Part shown: piece after piece, positions 10,071-20,725 of the stretch
How positions within the stretch are numbered: position 1 is the stretch's first letter
How the letters are laid out: every line of letters starts with the position of its first letter
DNA from: a virus
Length of the DNA stretch: 64,000 bases
IMG/VR virus record: IMGVR_UViG_3300027977_000007
Strand: one strand, 5' to 3'
Position numbers and translations under genes: made by a program
The notes under the pieces: generated by a model
Seen by the model: only the letters and a program-made list of their open reading frames with translations
Told to the model about the DNA's origin: nothing
Database searches by the model: none

Positions 10071-11284
10071 TGAAAATAATAAATCTAGTTGATATCGATA
10101 TTTATATTAAATTATTAGAACCTGATAATAATAATAGAGATATTAACATATACAAATTATCAAAGGTAATCCCAACTGGGGAATCACTTATATACCCGAA
10201 CCCTTTATTCTATTCAAAACATACCAATAATATATATAACCCTATTAATGAAAATATAATGTCATTAAAAGGTGTTGGTAAATCTAACACATTTAATATT
10301 AATAATTTAGAGTATAAAAAAATAATTGATATACCAGTATTTTTTTTTATTTATAATACTGATAACTATTTTCATTTTATTTATGACACATTACCGTATT
10401 TAATATCATATTTTAAACTTAAAGAAACAATACCAAACTTAAAGTTATTGGTTAATTATCCAAATTCCTCCATGCGACAATTCTATCGATTTGTGAGTGA
10501 CACATTAAATATTTTAGGTATTAGTGAAACGGATTTTATTTTTGTTAATAATAATATTTTATATGATACTGTTTATATTTCTTCATCATACACTCACGGA
10601 ATCGATTCAAATCTTCCACCTAGAAAAGAAATATATGATTTATATAATTTAATGGTTTCTAAAGTTAATTTAGATTATAACACACCAAAAAAAATATACG
10701 TTTCTAGACGAAGCTGGATACATGGCGATACATCTAACATGGGTACTAATTACACTAACAGACGTAAGCTTGATATAGAAAATGAATTAGTCGACCTATT
10801 AGTTAAAAATGATTATACTGAAGTATTTCCAGAGTCACTAACAATGTTAGAAAAAATACATCTATTCTCAAATGCTGAGAAAATAATAGGCCCAATTGGT
10901 GGTGGTCTATGTAATGTTTTATTTTCAAAGAAACAATGTGAATTAATCGCTATAATTTCACCAGAATTTTTTAATGTAAATGAACGATTTACATTTTCAT
11001 TAAATAATGTAAATTTATTTTTATTTGACGATGTTAAACATACTGAGACGACTGACTTCAAATCATTTATGCGAGTTAAATACGGTTCAATAATTGGGGA
11101 AATAATTAATGTTTATGATGATTCAGTTAAATTAGCTTATAATAATGTTTCGATTGCTGGATGGAATAGTGAAACTGAGTATCAAACTATTATAGTCAAA
11201 ACAAAAGATTGTATTAAGTTAGATAATGGGTTAAATTCCCCATGGACATTTGATATAGGTAAATTTAAAGAAAAATTTTTATGA
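10070..11284 (+). CDS. GT61/DUF563-like glycosyltransferase
   Basis: NYFHFIYDTLP, KIYVSRR, IIGPIGGGLCN; GTG start overlapping the previous TAG. Confidence 0.75.
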   Translation: MKIINLVDIDIYIKLLEPDNNNRDINIYKLSKVIPTGESLIYPNPLFYSKHTNNIYNPINENIMSLKGVGKSNTFNINNLEYKKIIDIPVFFFIYNTDNYFHFIYDTLPYLISYFKLKETIPNLKLLVNYPNSSMRQFYRFVSDTLNILGISETDFIFVNNNILYDTVYISSSYTHGIDSNLPPRKEIYDLYNLMVSKVNLDYNTPKKIYVSRRSWIHGDTSNMGTNYTNRRKLDIENELVDLLVKNDYTEVFPESLTMLEKIHLFSNAEKIIGPIGGGLCNVLFSKKQCELIAIISPEFFNVNERFTFSLNNVNLFLFDDVKHTETTDFKSFMRVKYGSIIGEIINVYDDSVKLAYNNVSIAGWNSETEYQTIIVKTKDCIKLDNGLNSPWTFDIGKFKEKFL

Positions 11285-12093
11285 CAAATATTAATTATAT
11301 AGTTTATAGTCACACATCTTATTTGGATATTTTAAATATTCAAACCGATTATTTAAGTGGTCATGGTAATTTGACCCTTTTTATTAATTCTAATAATTTA
11401 TCATTAGATAATTTATATAATAAATATAATAGGGTTATTTTCTATGACGATAGTTTTCAATACGCTAAACGATTATTAGATTGTTTAACCCAAATAGATG
11501 ACGAATATTTTTTATTAATTCACGATATTGATATTGTATTAAATGTGGATGGTGAAATATTAAAAAGTTTTTATGAATTTATGAAATCAAAAAACGTTGA
11601 TAGAGTCGATTTAAAGCAATCGCACAATCTAAACGTATCAAACGTCATAGAAGTGTCTAAAGATGTCTCACCAGCCTTATGGTGCGTTATTAACACTAAT
11701 GAAATTGGTGAGGGTATTTACCTTGTTAAACAAGAAGACCCAAAAGACTTTATATATAACGTCAATCCATCAATCTGGAAGCGTAAATCATTACTACAAT
11801 TATTAAACACATATTCAGAAAAAACGTATAGAACAATTGAGGGTATAGATGTACAAAATTATTGTAAATGTTTTGATGTTTATAAATTATATTCTAAAAA
11901 CGCAATAGAGTGCGGTTATTTTATTTGTTTGGATATTTTTAAATTTTTACATATAAGTCATAGTGGTAAGTTACTAAGACTAACTAACACATTTACAACG
12001 GAGTATAACCAGTCATACGTACCTATTAGTGAAGATTACATTAACATCGTAAATAATTATAATTTAAAAGATTCAAATAAATGGATACATTAG
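11281..12093 (+). CDS. putative glycosyltransferase (GT-A-like)
   Basis: LIHDID, NVNPSIWKRKSL; cluster context. Confidence 0.55.
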   Translation: MTNINYIVYSHTSYLDILNIQTDYLSGHGNLTLFINSNNLSLDNLYNKYNRVIFYDDSFQYAKRLLDCLTQIDDEYFLLIHDIDIVLNVDGEILKSFYEFMKSKNVDRVDLKQSHNLNVSNVIEVSKDVSPALWCVINTNEIGEGIYLVKQEDPKDFIYNVNPSIWKRKSLLQLLNTYSEKTYRTIEGIDVQNYCKCFDVYKLYSKNAIECGYFICLDIFKFLHISHSGKLLRLTNTFTTEYNQSYVPISEDYINIVNNYNLKDSNKWIH

Positions 12094-12839
12094 AGAATTA
12101 TAGGGTTTCATTTATAATAGCGCACAAATATTTTAGGGGTTATGAATCACATTTAAAATATTATATAGAACAAATTTTTAATTTGTATAATAACGCCTTT
12201 ATTGTTGTTGTTGACAACAATTCAACGTTTAAAAGTGAGATATTTGATACCTTACCAAATAATAACAACATCGTATTATTAGATAATAATATTGATTGTA
12301 AGTTTGAATTAGGTGCGTATCAGGTAGGTATAAAATATATGATTGATAATAATTTAATACATTTATTCGATTATTATGTATTCACACAAGATAATTTTAT
12401 ATTAAAAAATAAATACAATTTTAATAATTTATTTGACCATAACATAAATGCATGTCAAATAAATAGTTGGAAAAATGATTGGGCCAAAATGGACGTTTGT
12501 GAACCAATTTTAAAAAATATTGGATTGTTTAATAAATTAGACGAGAGTAAACTTTGTTGGTGTAATAGTTTCATCACAAGTAAAAAAGTTGTTAATAAAT
12601 TATATGAATATTTAACCAAAATAGTAATAACTACCAGACATCAAAGTGAGGGTTCTGAACGTTATCTAGGCAGAATTTTATTAGAATTAAATGATGGTCA
12701 CCCAACAATTGATATTGATGGTGATATCGGTGAATTAATTAAAAAATACGATTGTTGGAATGTCACACCAAGGAATGAAATTAATTCATACTTTATTAAA
12801 GTTGTACAACAAAAAAATGAACGAACTATAGATAAATGA
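12081..12839 (+). CDS. putative glycosyltransferase (GT2/rhamnan-synthesis-like)
   Basis: VVVDNNS, FELGAY, FTQD, SERYLG. Confidence 0.55.
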   Translation: MDTLENYRVSFIIAHKYFRGYESHLKYYIEQIFNLYNNAFIVVVDNNSTFKSEIFDTLPNNNNIVLLDNNIDCKFELGAYQVGIKYMIDNNLIHLFDYYVFTQDNFILKNKYNFNNLFDHNINACQINSWKNDWAKMDVCEPILKNIGLFNKLDESKLCWCNSFITSKKVVNKLYEYLTKIVITTRHQSEGSERYLGRILLELNDGHPTIDIDGDIGELIKKYDCWNVTPRNEINSYFIKVVQQKNERTIDK

Positions 12840-13732
12840 TTATTGAAAATATAAATATAGGTAAAATAGGTTATAATATTAATCATGATATACATATAAA
12901 CGAGTATTATATGTATATTGTTAATCTATTTAAGGGATGGTTACACTCACAAGATAAAGCTTTAAATTTAGTAATAGGTAATTATAACTTTAATTTTGGA
13001 AATAATAATAAAATAATAAAAATAGATGTTCAATGTGAACATACATTAGTTAAAGATGGTGGTCGCTCTATAGGTGAACGAATATACGGTCAGGTAAAAC
13101 ATAAAGACGGTAATTATTTAGTTAGAATTGATAAATATGATTATTTAAATTCGTTAGATATTGTAATAGAATATAGTTTACCTAATATGTTTAATATTTT
13201 ATCTAATAAAAAATTTAATGATTACTACACCAAAAATATTTATATTGCCCCTATACTTTATGATATTAATTTTTCTAACTTAAATAAAACTGATATTGTA
13301 ACACTTTTTTCTAAAAACGGTAGTCAACGTAGAGGTAATATTTTAGCTGATATGGTTAAATTAAATATTCCAAATAAAACAATCGAGTCTTGCTTTAGTA
13401 GTCAATGTATATTGGATTTATATGATAGTTGTAGAATTCTGGTAAATGTCCACCAAACAGACCATCATCATACCTTTGAAGAACTTAGGGTATTACCAGC
13501 ATTATTAAATGGTGTTATCATTATTAGTGAAGACGTACCATTAAAAGAAACTATCAAATACAGTGATTATATCATTTGGGTTAATTATGATGAAATTGCC
13601 AATAAAACACTAGAAGTTATGAATAATTATGATTATTATTATAATAAAATTTTTGGTGATGGTGTTTTAAGTTTAATTTTAACTAATTTAAAAGATAATA
13701 ATATAAAAACAATTAATAATATAAAAATATGA
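12836..13732 (+). CDS. putative GT-B glycosyltransferase (CgeB-like C-terminus)
   Basis: ILVNVHQ...FEELRVLPALLNGVIIISE. Confidence 0.6.
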   Translation: MIIENINIGKIGYNINHDIHINEYYMYIVNLFKGWLHSQDKALNLVIGNYNFNFGNNNKIIKIDVQCEHTLVKDGGRSIGERIYGQVKHKDGNYLVRIDKYDYLNSLDIVIEYSLPNMFNILSNKKFNDYYTKNIYIAPILYDINFSNLNKTDIVTLFSKNGSQRRGNILADMVKLNIPNKTIESCFSSQCILDLYDSCRILVNVHQTDHHHTFEELRVLPALLNGVIIISEDVPLKETIKYSDYIIWVNYDEIANKTLEVMNNYDYYYNKIFGDGVLSLILTNLKDNNIKTINNIKI

Positions 13733-15186
13733 AAGTTGCATTACTTATAGCTGGATATTTAAGAAGTTATAGTGAGAATATAAACTTCATTAAAAAAGAA
13801 ATTATTGACAAATACAAAGATGTCGATGTGTATTTACATATAACAAACAGTGAAAACTCAGAGGATAAATATTTTAATCAAATAGATGATTCAGATATTA
13901 AACGTATTACTTCAGATTTAAATCCTATATCTACAATTATTGAAAAAAATATACACTACACTGATGATAAATTAATGAACAATTTAATAAATCATTGGAG
14001 TAAGTTATATAAATTGAATAGCTTAAAGAAGCTTACTGAAGAGTATAAAGATGAAAAATATGACTTGGTTATTAGATACAGGCCAGACCTTTCAATAAAA
14101 ACTGAAAATATTTTTTATGAGTTTGCTAAAGGTGTTGTTTTTATACCTAAAGATAGTAAGATTGACAAGATACGCTTAACCAAACCAACTGATAAATATC
14201 TTTGCGATGCATTGGCTTTTGGTGATTCAGTTAGTATGGATAACTATTTTAATATATATAAAAATTTAAGTAAATTAATGGCTAACCATGGGGTGGTTTC
14301 TGAGACATTATTATACAAATATCTTAATCTATTTAATATTAACTATAAATTAATCGATATTGAATATAGTTTTTTACTCTCTAAATGTAATGTTTTTGCT
14401 ATTTGTGGTGATTCTGGTTCTGGAAAATCAACACTAAGCAATTTATTAAAAGATACATTTACCGATTCATTCAAATTAGAATGTGATAGATACCATAAAT
14501 GGGAACGAACAAATAGGAATTGGGATACTATAACGCATTTAAACCCAAGAGCTAACTACATAACTAAGATGAATGAGGATATTTTTAACCTTAAAGTTGG
14601 AAATGAAATATTCCAAGTGGATTATAATCATAATAATGGTAAATTTACAGATAAACAATTAATAAACCCAGCTAATAATTTAATTGTTTGTGGCCTACAT
14701 AGTTTATACGGTAAGCATGAATTATTTGATTTGAAAATCTATATGGATACCGATGATAATTTGAAAAAAAAATGGAAAATAATCCGTGATGTTAAAGAAC
14801 GTGGATATACAGTTGAAAAAGTATTAGAAAGTATTGAAAAAAGGTCAGCTGATTTTATCCAATATATAGAGCCACAAAAAGATGCCTCTGATTTAATAAT
14901 AAGATTTTTTACGGTGGAAGAAGTTAACTTTAATGACCTCGATGCTAATCCAAAAATAAGTTTAGAAATCTCAATTAGTAATGTTTTTAATACTGAGAAA
15001 ATACAAGAAATTCTTAAAACTAAAAGTATCTTATTTACTACTAGTTTTAATGACAAATTTACTAAATTTATTTTTTTAGATTATGAAAATATTAATTTTT
15101 TTAGTAGTGTAGAAATACCTATCACTGGTACCTTTTATGATTATATATTATTTTTTATTTTTCAATTAGGGTTTACTAATCAATAA
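13729..15186 (+). CDS. GT-like domain fused to phosphoribulokinase/uridine-kinase-like P-loop kinase
   Basis: N-terminal KVALLIAGYLRS...YDLVIRYRPDL; C-terminal GDSGSGKST, CDRYHKWER, GLH, RDVKERG, YIEPQK. Confidence 0.75.
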   Translation: MKVALLIAGYLRSYSENINFIKKEIIDKYKDVDVYLHITNSENSEDKYFNQIDDSDIKRITSDLNPISTIIEKNIHYTDDKLMNNLINHWSKLYKLNSLKKLTEEYKDEKYDLVIRYRPDLSIKTENIFYEFAKGVVFIPKDSKIDKIRLTKPTDKYLCDALAFGDSVSMDNYFNIYKNLSKLMANHGVVSETLLYKYLNLFNINYKLIDIEYSFLLSKCNVFAICGDSGSGKSTLSNLLKDTFTDSFKLECDRYHKWERTNRNWDTITHLNPRANYITKMNEDIFNLKVGNEIFQVDYNHNNGKFTDKQLINPANNLIVCGLHSLYGKHELFDLKIYMDTDDNLKKKWKIIRDVKERGYTVEKVLESIEKRSADFIQYIEPQKDASDLIIRFFTVEEVNFNDLDANPKISLEISISNVFNTEKIQEILKTKSILFTTSFNDKFTKFIFLDYENINFFSSVEIPITGTFYDYILFFIFQLGFTNQ

Positions 15187-15213
15187 AAAAATATTATTTT
15201 TTTAATAAAAATT

Positions 15214-15939
15214 ATGGATAAACTTAAACAAATAAGCAACGAAAATAAATTAAACGAAATTAGTCAAAATACTTATGACAAGTTTAATAACTTTATTTTT
15301 TCGGAGGATATAAAATTAACTGGTAAACTTTTACATAGATTTGAATACTTTTTAAAAATAAAAGATTTACCAGGTGATATAGTAGAAATTGGTGTATTTA
15401 AGGGTTCTGGGGTGGCTAGTTTTATGAAATTTATTGAGATTTACTGCCCAAATTCGAATAAAAAGGTTGTTGGTTTTGATATTTTCGATACGTTTGAGGC
15501 TAAGGAAATTCTTAATAAAGATGGTGATTTAGATAAAGACAATATGACTATTGTTTATGATAGAGTTGACTCAAAAGACTTAACGCTAGAAGCTGTTACT
15601 AACCAAATAATTAAAACCAAAATTACTACCGATAAATTTAAATTAATTAAAGGAGATGTTCAAGATACGATACCTAAATTTTTAGAGGAAAACTTAGGCT
15701 TTAGAATATCTTTATTATATATTGACGTTGATTTAGATAGGCCCACATATTATTCATTAAAATACCTTTGGGATAGAATACTTCCTGGTGGTTATATACT
15801 TTTTGATGAGTATGAATACCATAAATTTAGCGAAAGTGCTGGTGTTGAGCGTTTCTTAAAAGAAATGGGTATTGAATACAACCTTAAATCAACTAACTGG
15901 GTCGCCCCAACAGCCTTTATGCTTAAGAAAGGATTCTAA
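15214..15939 (+). CDS. TylF/MycF-family O-methyltransferase
   Basis: PGDIVEIGVFKG, GFDIF, LLYIDVD, GGYILFDEY. Confidence 0.85.
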   Translation: MDKLKQISNENKLNEISQNTYDKFNNFIFSEDIKLTGKLLHRFEYFLKIKDLPGDIVEIGVFKGSGVASFMKFIEIYCPNSNKKVVGFDIFDTFEAKEILNKDGDLDKDNMTIVYDRVDSKDLTLEAVTNQIIKTKITTDKFKLIKGDVQDTIPKFLEENLGFRISLLYIDVDLDRPTYYSLKYLWDRILPGGYILFDEYEYHKFSESAGVERFLKEMGIEYNLKSTNWVAPTAFMLKKGF

Positions 15940-16598
15940 TGGAGCAATTATTAATTTTAGCCAAACAAGTGTCAAAATACTGTGTTGGTATGGAAGGCAA
16001 TATTTCAATGAAAACTGAAGATGGTTTAATAATTAAAGCCAGTGGTTCTAAGTTAGCTAATTTAAGTTTAAACGACTTAGTTCATTATAATTTAAATGGT
16101 GTTCAAATCTCCAACTTAAGAAAGAAAGGTAGTATGGAGTTAAATTTTCACAAATATTTATTGAGTTTTAATGATATTAATTTTGTATCACATACACACC
16201 CAACAAACACTGTTAAAATTTTATCAACTGAGGTTTGTAACCTTTTCTCGTCAAATAGATTATTCCCAGACCAAGTAATTTTCAATGGTGCCAAATCATG
16301 TTTAGTACCGTATGCAAATCCAGGAAAAAACTTAACTAATTTGATTATGAAAGAAGTTGATTTATACATTAATACTGAAAATTGTTTCCCCAAACTCATT
16401 TTACTTAAAAACCATGGTATTATTACTTGTGGTAAAACAATAGATGAATGTGTAATGTCAACCGATATTTGCGATAAAGCCGCTGAGATATTTATTGGAG
16501 CTAAGACACTAGGGGAGGTTAACTATTTAAGTAGTGATGCGATTAAAGAATTATTAGAAGATAATAATGAAAAATATAGACAAGATTTATTAAAATGA
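15939..16598 (+). CDS. class II aldolase/adducin family (AraD/FucA/MtnB-like)
   Basis: EGNIS, IKASG, SME..FH, HTHP, LLKNHG. Confidence 0.85.
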   Translation: MEQLLILAKQVSKYCVGMEGNISMKTEDGLIIKASGSKLANLSLNDLVHYNLNGVQISNLRKKGSMELNFHKYLLSFNDINFVSHTHPTNTVKILSTEVCNLFSSNRLFPDQVIFNGAKSCLVPYANPGKNLTNLIMKEVDLYINTENCFPKLILLKNHGIITCGKTIDECVMSTDICDKAAEIFIGAKTLGEVNYLSSDAIKELLEDNNEKYRQDLLK

Positions 16599-16888
16599 GG
16601 ATAATATACGTTGATATAGATGAAACAATCTGTGAAACACCAGAACCAAGAAATTATAATAATGCAAAACCAATACAAGTTAATATTGATAAAATAAATA
16701 AATTATATGATGAAGGTCATACTATTGTTTATTGGACTGCTCGTGGTAGCCGAACACAAATTAACTGGTATGATTTAACTAAGAAACAATTAAATGAATG
16801 GGGTGCTAAGCATCATGAATTAAATGTTACTAAACCTTATTATGATTTATTTATTGATGATAAAACACTTAGAATAGAAGAAATATGA
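16595..16888 (+). CDS. small HAD-family phosphatase (capsule-biosynthesis type)
   Basis: VDIDETI, WTARG, KPYYDLFIDDK. Confidence 0.8.
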   Translation: MRIIYVDIDETICETPEPRNYNNAKPIQVNIDKINKLYDEGHTIVYWTARGSRTQINWYDLTKKQLNEWGAKHHELNVTKPYYDLFIDDKTLRIEEI

Positions 16889-17346
16889 AATTAATATCAC
16901 ATAGAGGTAATATTATCGGCCCTAATCCGATTAGAGAAAATTCACCGTCATATATTGATACTGCAATATCTGCTGGATATGAGGTTGAAGTGGATATAAA
17001 TTTTACAAACGGTAAATTTTATCTAGGTCATGACACACCAGATTATGAAATTAGTGAAAGGTGGATTGCATCTCGTAAAGATAAATTATGGTTTCATTGT
17101 AAAAATCTAGAAGCAGCCACTAAAATTAGTGTCTTAGGGGATGGCTATAAATTCTTTTGTCATACTTCAGACCCATTTGTTTTAACTAGTAATAAATATG
17201 TTTGGGTCCATGATTTAAATATGAATTTATGTGATAGGTGTATAATACCTCTTCTTAATGCCAACGATATTAAAAACTATAATGGTAAAATAATTTATGC
17301 TGTATGTACTGATTACATAACACTATTAAAATACAAATTAAAATAA
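16885..17346 (+). CDS. GDPD-like phosphodiesterase-fold protein
   Basis: ISHRGN...ENSP...EVDI...LGHD...HCKN...VCTDY. Confidence 0.75.
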   Translation: MKLISHRGNIIGPNPIRENSPSYIDTAISAGYEVEVDINFTNGKFYLGHDTPDYEISERWIASRKDKLWFHCKNLEAATKISVLGDGYKFFCHTSDPFVLTSNKYVWVHDLNMNLCDRCIIPLLNANDIKNYNGKIIYAVCTDYITLLKYKLK

Positions 17347-17355
17347 AAAATAAAT

Positions 17356-18000
17356 ATGTTTAATAATACAAACCCAGAAACAAATGGAGAAAGAAGATTC
17401 TTCAACTCAATTAAACAAAATTGTACATTGATATTCGATGTTGGTGCTAGTGATGATTCAATATTTCTTAATGATAAAATAGAGATTCATTATTTTGAAC
17501 CTTTAAAACGTAATTTAGATAATTTAAAATTAAAAGAAAATAAAAATATAAACCCAAAATTTAATTATTTTGGGTTAAGTGATATAGAAGAAACTCTTAA
17601 ATATTATGATAATCATGGTTCATTAATAAATAGGAGTGAAAAGTTTAGTAGAACACCTAGTTATTATTCTGGTATTGATGTCTTAGTGAAAAGAGCTGAT
17701 GAATATGTGAATAATAATAACATTACTAAAATAAGTTTTCTTAAATTAGATGTTGAAGGATATGAATTAAAAGTATTAAAAGGTTTTGGTGATAAATTAA
17801 AAATAGTAGACTATATTCAATTTGAATATGGTTCTGGAACAGCTGATGCTGATTGTACAATGCTTGAGTTAATTAATTATTTAAAAGGGTTTGGTTTTAC
17901 TGATTTTTCGTATTTAAGTGACGATGGGTTAGTACCGATAAATGATTTTTCAGACCATTGGTCTTTTTGTAATATAATGTGTGTTAATTCAAAAAAATAA
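17356..18000 (+). CDS. FkbM-family methyltransferase
   Basis: FDVGA, FEP, LKLDVEGYELKVLKG, IQFEY. Confidence 0.85.
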   Translation: MFNNTNPETNGERRFFNSIKQNCTLIFDVGASDDSIFLNDKIEIHYFEPLKRNLDNLKLKENKNINPKFNYFGLSDIEETLKYYDNHGSLINRSEKFSRTPSYYSGIDVLVKRADEYVNNNNITKISFLKLDVEGYELKVLKGFGDKLKIVDYIQFEYGSGTADADCTMLELINYLKGFGFTDFSYLSDDGLVPINDFSDHWSFCNIMCVNSKK

Positions 18001-19085
18001 TGATAATAGATAATATTATATTTAAAAGTCGATTAGATAAATATTTTAATGGTGAATTTAATTTACACTCAGAACCAATGTTGACATTGGTTCCAAATAT
18101 AACAATATATGATGACTATAAATCTAAAAGTGAGGTTAAGTCATTTAATGATGTTAAATTTAGAATTGAACCAGAAGGACCACAATCTTTTACAGTTCAT
18201 CAAATAGGTGTTTGTGGTAATCAAATAATAAATATAACACATAAAATGTTGTCTTATTTCACATTAGTAAATAATAATTGGACATATGGGCATAATGAAA
18301 TAAATAAAATTTACAATAATATACAAAATTCATCTATATTTGAGATGGTTGATGAAGAAGTTTTTCAGTTTTTTGATTGTTTTCCATACGCACCAGTACA
18401 TAATCTAGACGATACATACAACTTATTATATTCTTATGTAAAAAGTGGGTTGACATGTAAATTATTAGTCTTGAAAACAGATAATTATTATTATAATCAA
18501 ACTATTAATTCACTTAAAGAATATTTTAATCTTGAATATTTTTATTTAGAACCACATAAAAATTATAAATTTAAAAAATTTAACTGCGTTAGACAATATC
18601 ATTGGATTCAAAATGACGCATTAAGTTTTATACATGATAATTACATAAAAAAAATATGTAATAAAATAATAGATAAACCAACATATGATAATATATGTTT
18701 AATAAAAACTGTTCACCCAACTAACACATCAACTGTTGATACCTTTAATATCACAAATAATTTTTCTAATATTTTAAAAGAAAAAAATATTTTTAATTTA
18801 GATAATATTAGAGATGATTTAGAATATAAAATATATCTTGTAAATAATGCTAAAAATATTATAATATCGTATTTATCCCCATTCAATGTTAATATTCATA
18901 AACATTGTGTTAAAACAGATGATAAGAATTTTATAATATTAAACGGTGGTTACGGTGGTTCAATAATACCACATTTTACTAAATTATTAGATAACAAATA
19001 TAATTTTTACGGTAGAGAAATTAACGGTGTTTTAATAGATAACAAAATATCCTTGGATGATTTGAATTCCTTTATAAATTTTTAA
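18000..19085 (+). CDS. putative glycosyltransferase (distant GT61-like)
   Basis: 361-aa ORF in the glycan cluster with weak resemblance to 10070..11284. Confidence 0.4.
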   Translation: MIIDNIIFKSRLDKYFNGEFNLHSEPMLTLVPNITIYDDYKSKSEVKSFNDVKFRIEPEGPQSFTVHQIGVCGNQIINITHKMLSYFTLVNNNWTYGHNEINKIYNNIQNSSIFEMVDEEVFQFFDCFPYAPVHNLDDTYNLLYSYVKSGLTCKLLVLKTDNYYYNQTINSLKEYFNLEYFYLEPHKNYKFKKFNCVRQYHWIQNDALSFIHDNYIKKICNKIIDKPTYDNICLIKTVHPTNTSTVDTFNITNNFSNILKEKNIFNLDNIRDDLEYKIYLVNNAKNIIISYLSPFNVNIHKHCVKTDDKNFIILNGGYGGSIIPHFTKLLDNKYNFYGREINGVLIDNKISLDDLNSFINF

Positions 19086-19087
19086 TA

Positions 19088-20653
19088 ATGAAAAAACCAC
19101 AATTAATAATTCCAATGTCTGGAATTGGTAAACGTTTTATAGATGCTGGGTACGATGTACCAAAGCCCTTAATTGAAGTTGATGGTATACCAATAATAGA
19201 GCACGTTGTTAATCTATTCGATAGACCAGACGATGTAATTTTCATATGTAACGAAGTACACTTAATAGATACCAACATGATTGAGATACTTAAACGTATT
19301 TCACCTAATTGTAAAATATATCCAGTCCCAAATGCAAATAGACGTGGGCCAGTGGATGCTGTTACCCAGATTTTTGATAAAATAGATGATGATAAAGAAA
19401 TTATTTTTAGCTATTGTGATTATGGTACCGAATGGGATTATAAAAAATTCCTAAAGGAAACTAGAGAAAATAATTCAGATGGCGCAATACCATGTTACAC
19501 TGGATTTCATCCGCATATGTTAGGTAATGATAATTATGCTTTTGTTAAGTGTGATGGTAATCGAGCGTTGGATATTCAAGAAAAGAAACCATTTACAAAC
19601 GATAAAATGAGTGAACGTGCGTCAAATGGTACTTACTACTTTAAAAATGGTAAAATTGTTAAAAAATACTTTAAAGAATTAATTGATAAAAATATTAATA
19701 TTAATGGAGAATATTATATTAGTTTAGTTTATAAATTATTAATAAACGATAATAAACTAGTTACAACATTTTTAATAGATAAGATGTTACAATGGGGTAC
19801 ACCATATGATTTGGAAAACTATAATACATGGTTAGATTATTTCATAAGTGTTAAAAATGAACAACCAAAAATAGAAAATCCAGCAAATACAACACTTATA
19901 CTACCAATGGCTGGTAAGGGTAGTAGGTTTAATGAAGATGGTTACGAACTACCTAAACCAATGTTAGATGTCATGGGTAAACCAATGATTATTCAAGCGG
20001 TTAATTGTTTGCCGAAGTCAGAAAAAAGTATTTTTATTTGTTTAGATGAACACATAAAAAAATTTAGTATTGATACCATACTAATCGATACCTACAAAAA
20101 CACTAATATTGTCTCAATAAAAGAGACAACTGAAGGTCAAGCTTGTACATGTGATATAGGTATAAAAACACATAATGTTAACCTAGAAAATCCAATAATG
20201 ATTTCAGCCTGTGATAATGGTGTATATTATGATACTAAAGAATATTTAAAACTAATTGAAGATGACAGCATTGATGTAATTGTTTGGTCATTTAGAAATA
20301 ATCAAGCTAGTAAAGTAAATCCAAATGCGTATGCTTGGTTAGATGTTGATGACGAAGGAATTATAAAACATGTATCGTGTAAGAATTTTATATATGATAA
20401 CCCATTAACTACCCACGCAATAATTGGTACTATGTTTTTTAGAAAGGGTAAATATTTTATTGATGGTTTTAACGCTAATCTAATGGAAAATGTTAGAACA
20501 AACGGTGAATTTTATGTTGATGATGTTTTAAACCAAAATATAAAAGCTGGTTTAAAAGTTAAAGTTTTTGAGGTAAAACACTACATTTGTTGGGGTACAC
20601 CTAATGACTATAAAACGTATAACTATTGGAATGAGCACTTTAATTTATTTTAA
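19088..20653 (+). CDS. tandem two-domain sugar nucleotidyltransferase
   Basis: Two copies of PM(S/A)G.G.RF...Y..PKP, each ending WGTP.D. Confidence 0.85.
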   Translation: MKKPQLIIPMSGIGKRFIDAGYDVPKPLIEVDGIPIIEHVVNLFDRPDDVIFICNEVHLIDTNMIEILKRISPNCKIYPVPNANRRGPVDAVTQIFDKIDDDKEIIFSYCDYGTEWDYKKFLKETRENNSDGAIPCYTGFHPHMLGNDNYAFVKCDGNRALDIQEKKPFTNDKMSERASNGTYYFKNGKIVKKYFKELIDKNININGEYYISLVYKLLINDNKLVTTFLIDKMLQWGTPYDLENYNTWLDYFISVKNEQPKIENPANTTLILPMAGKGSRFNEDGYELPKPMLDVMGKPMIIQAVNCLPKSEKSIFICLDEHIKKFSIDTILIDTYKNTNIVSIKETTEGQACTCDIGIKTHNVNLENPIMISACDNGVYYDTKEYLKLIEDDSIDVIVWSFRNNQASKVNPNAYAWLDVDDEGIIKHVSCKNFIYDNPLTTHAIIGTMFFRKGKYFIDGFNANLMENVRTNGEFYVDDVLNQNIKAGLKVKVFEVKHYICWGTPNDYKTYNYWNEHFNLF

Positions 20654-20704
20654 AATTAAAAAACTATTAACAAACTAGACTCATGACTATTATAAAATAA
20701 TGCG

Positions 20705-20712
20705 ATATTTAT
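20705..20712 (+). promoter_or_regulatory. putative phage late promoter ATATTTAT
   Basis: Recurring intergenic octamer, 13 nt before the phoH ATG. Confidence 0.55.
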
Positions 20713-20725
20713 TATTAAACAATTT

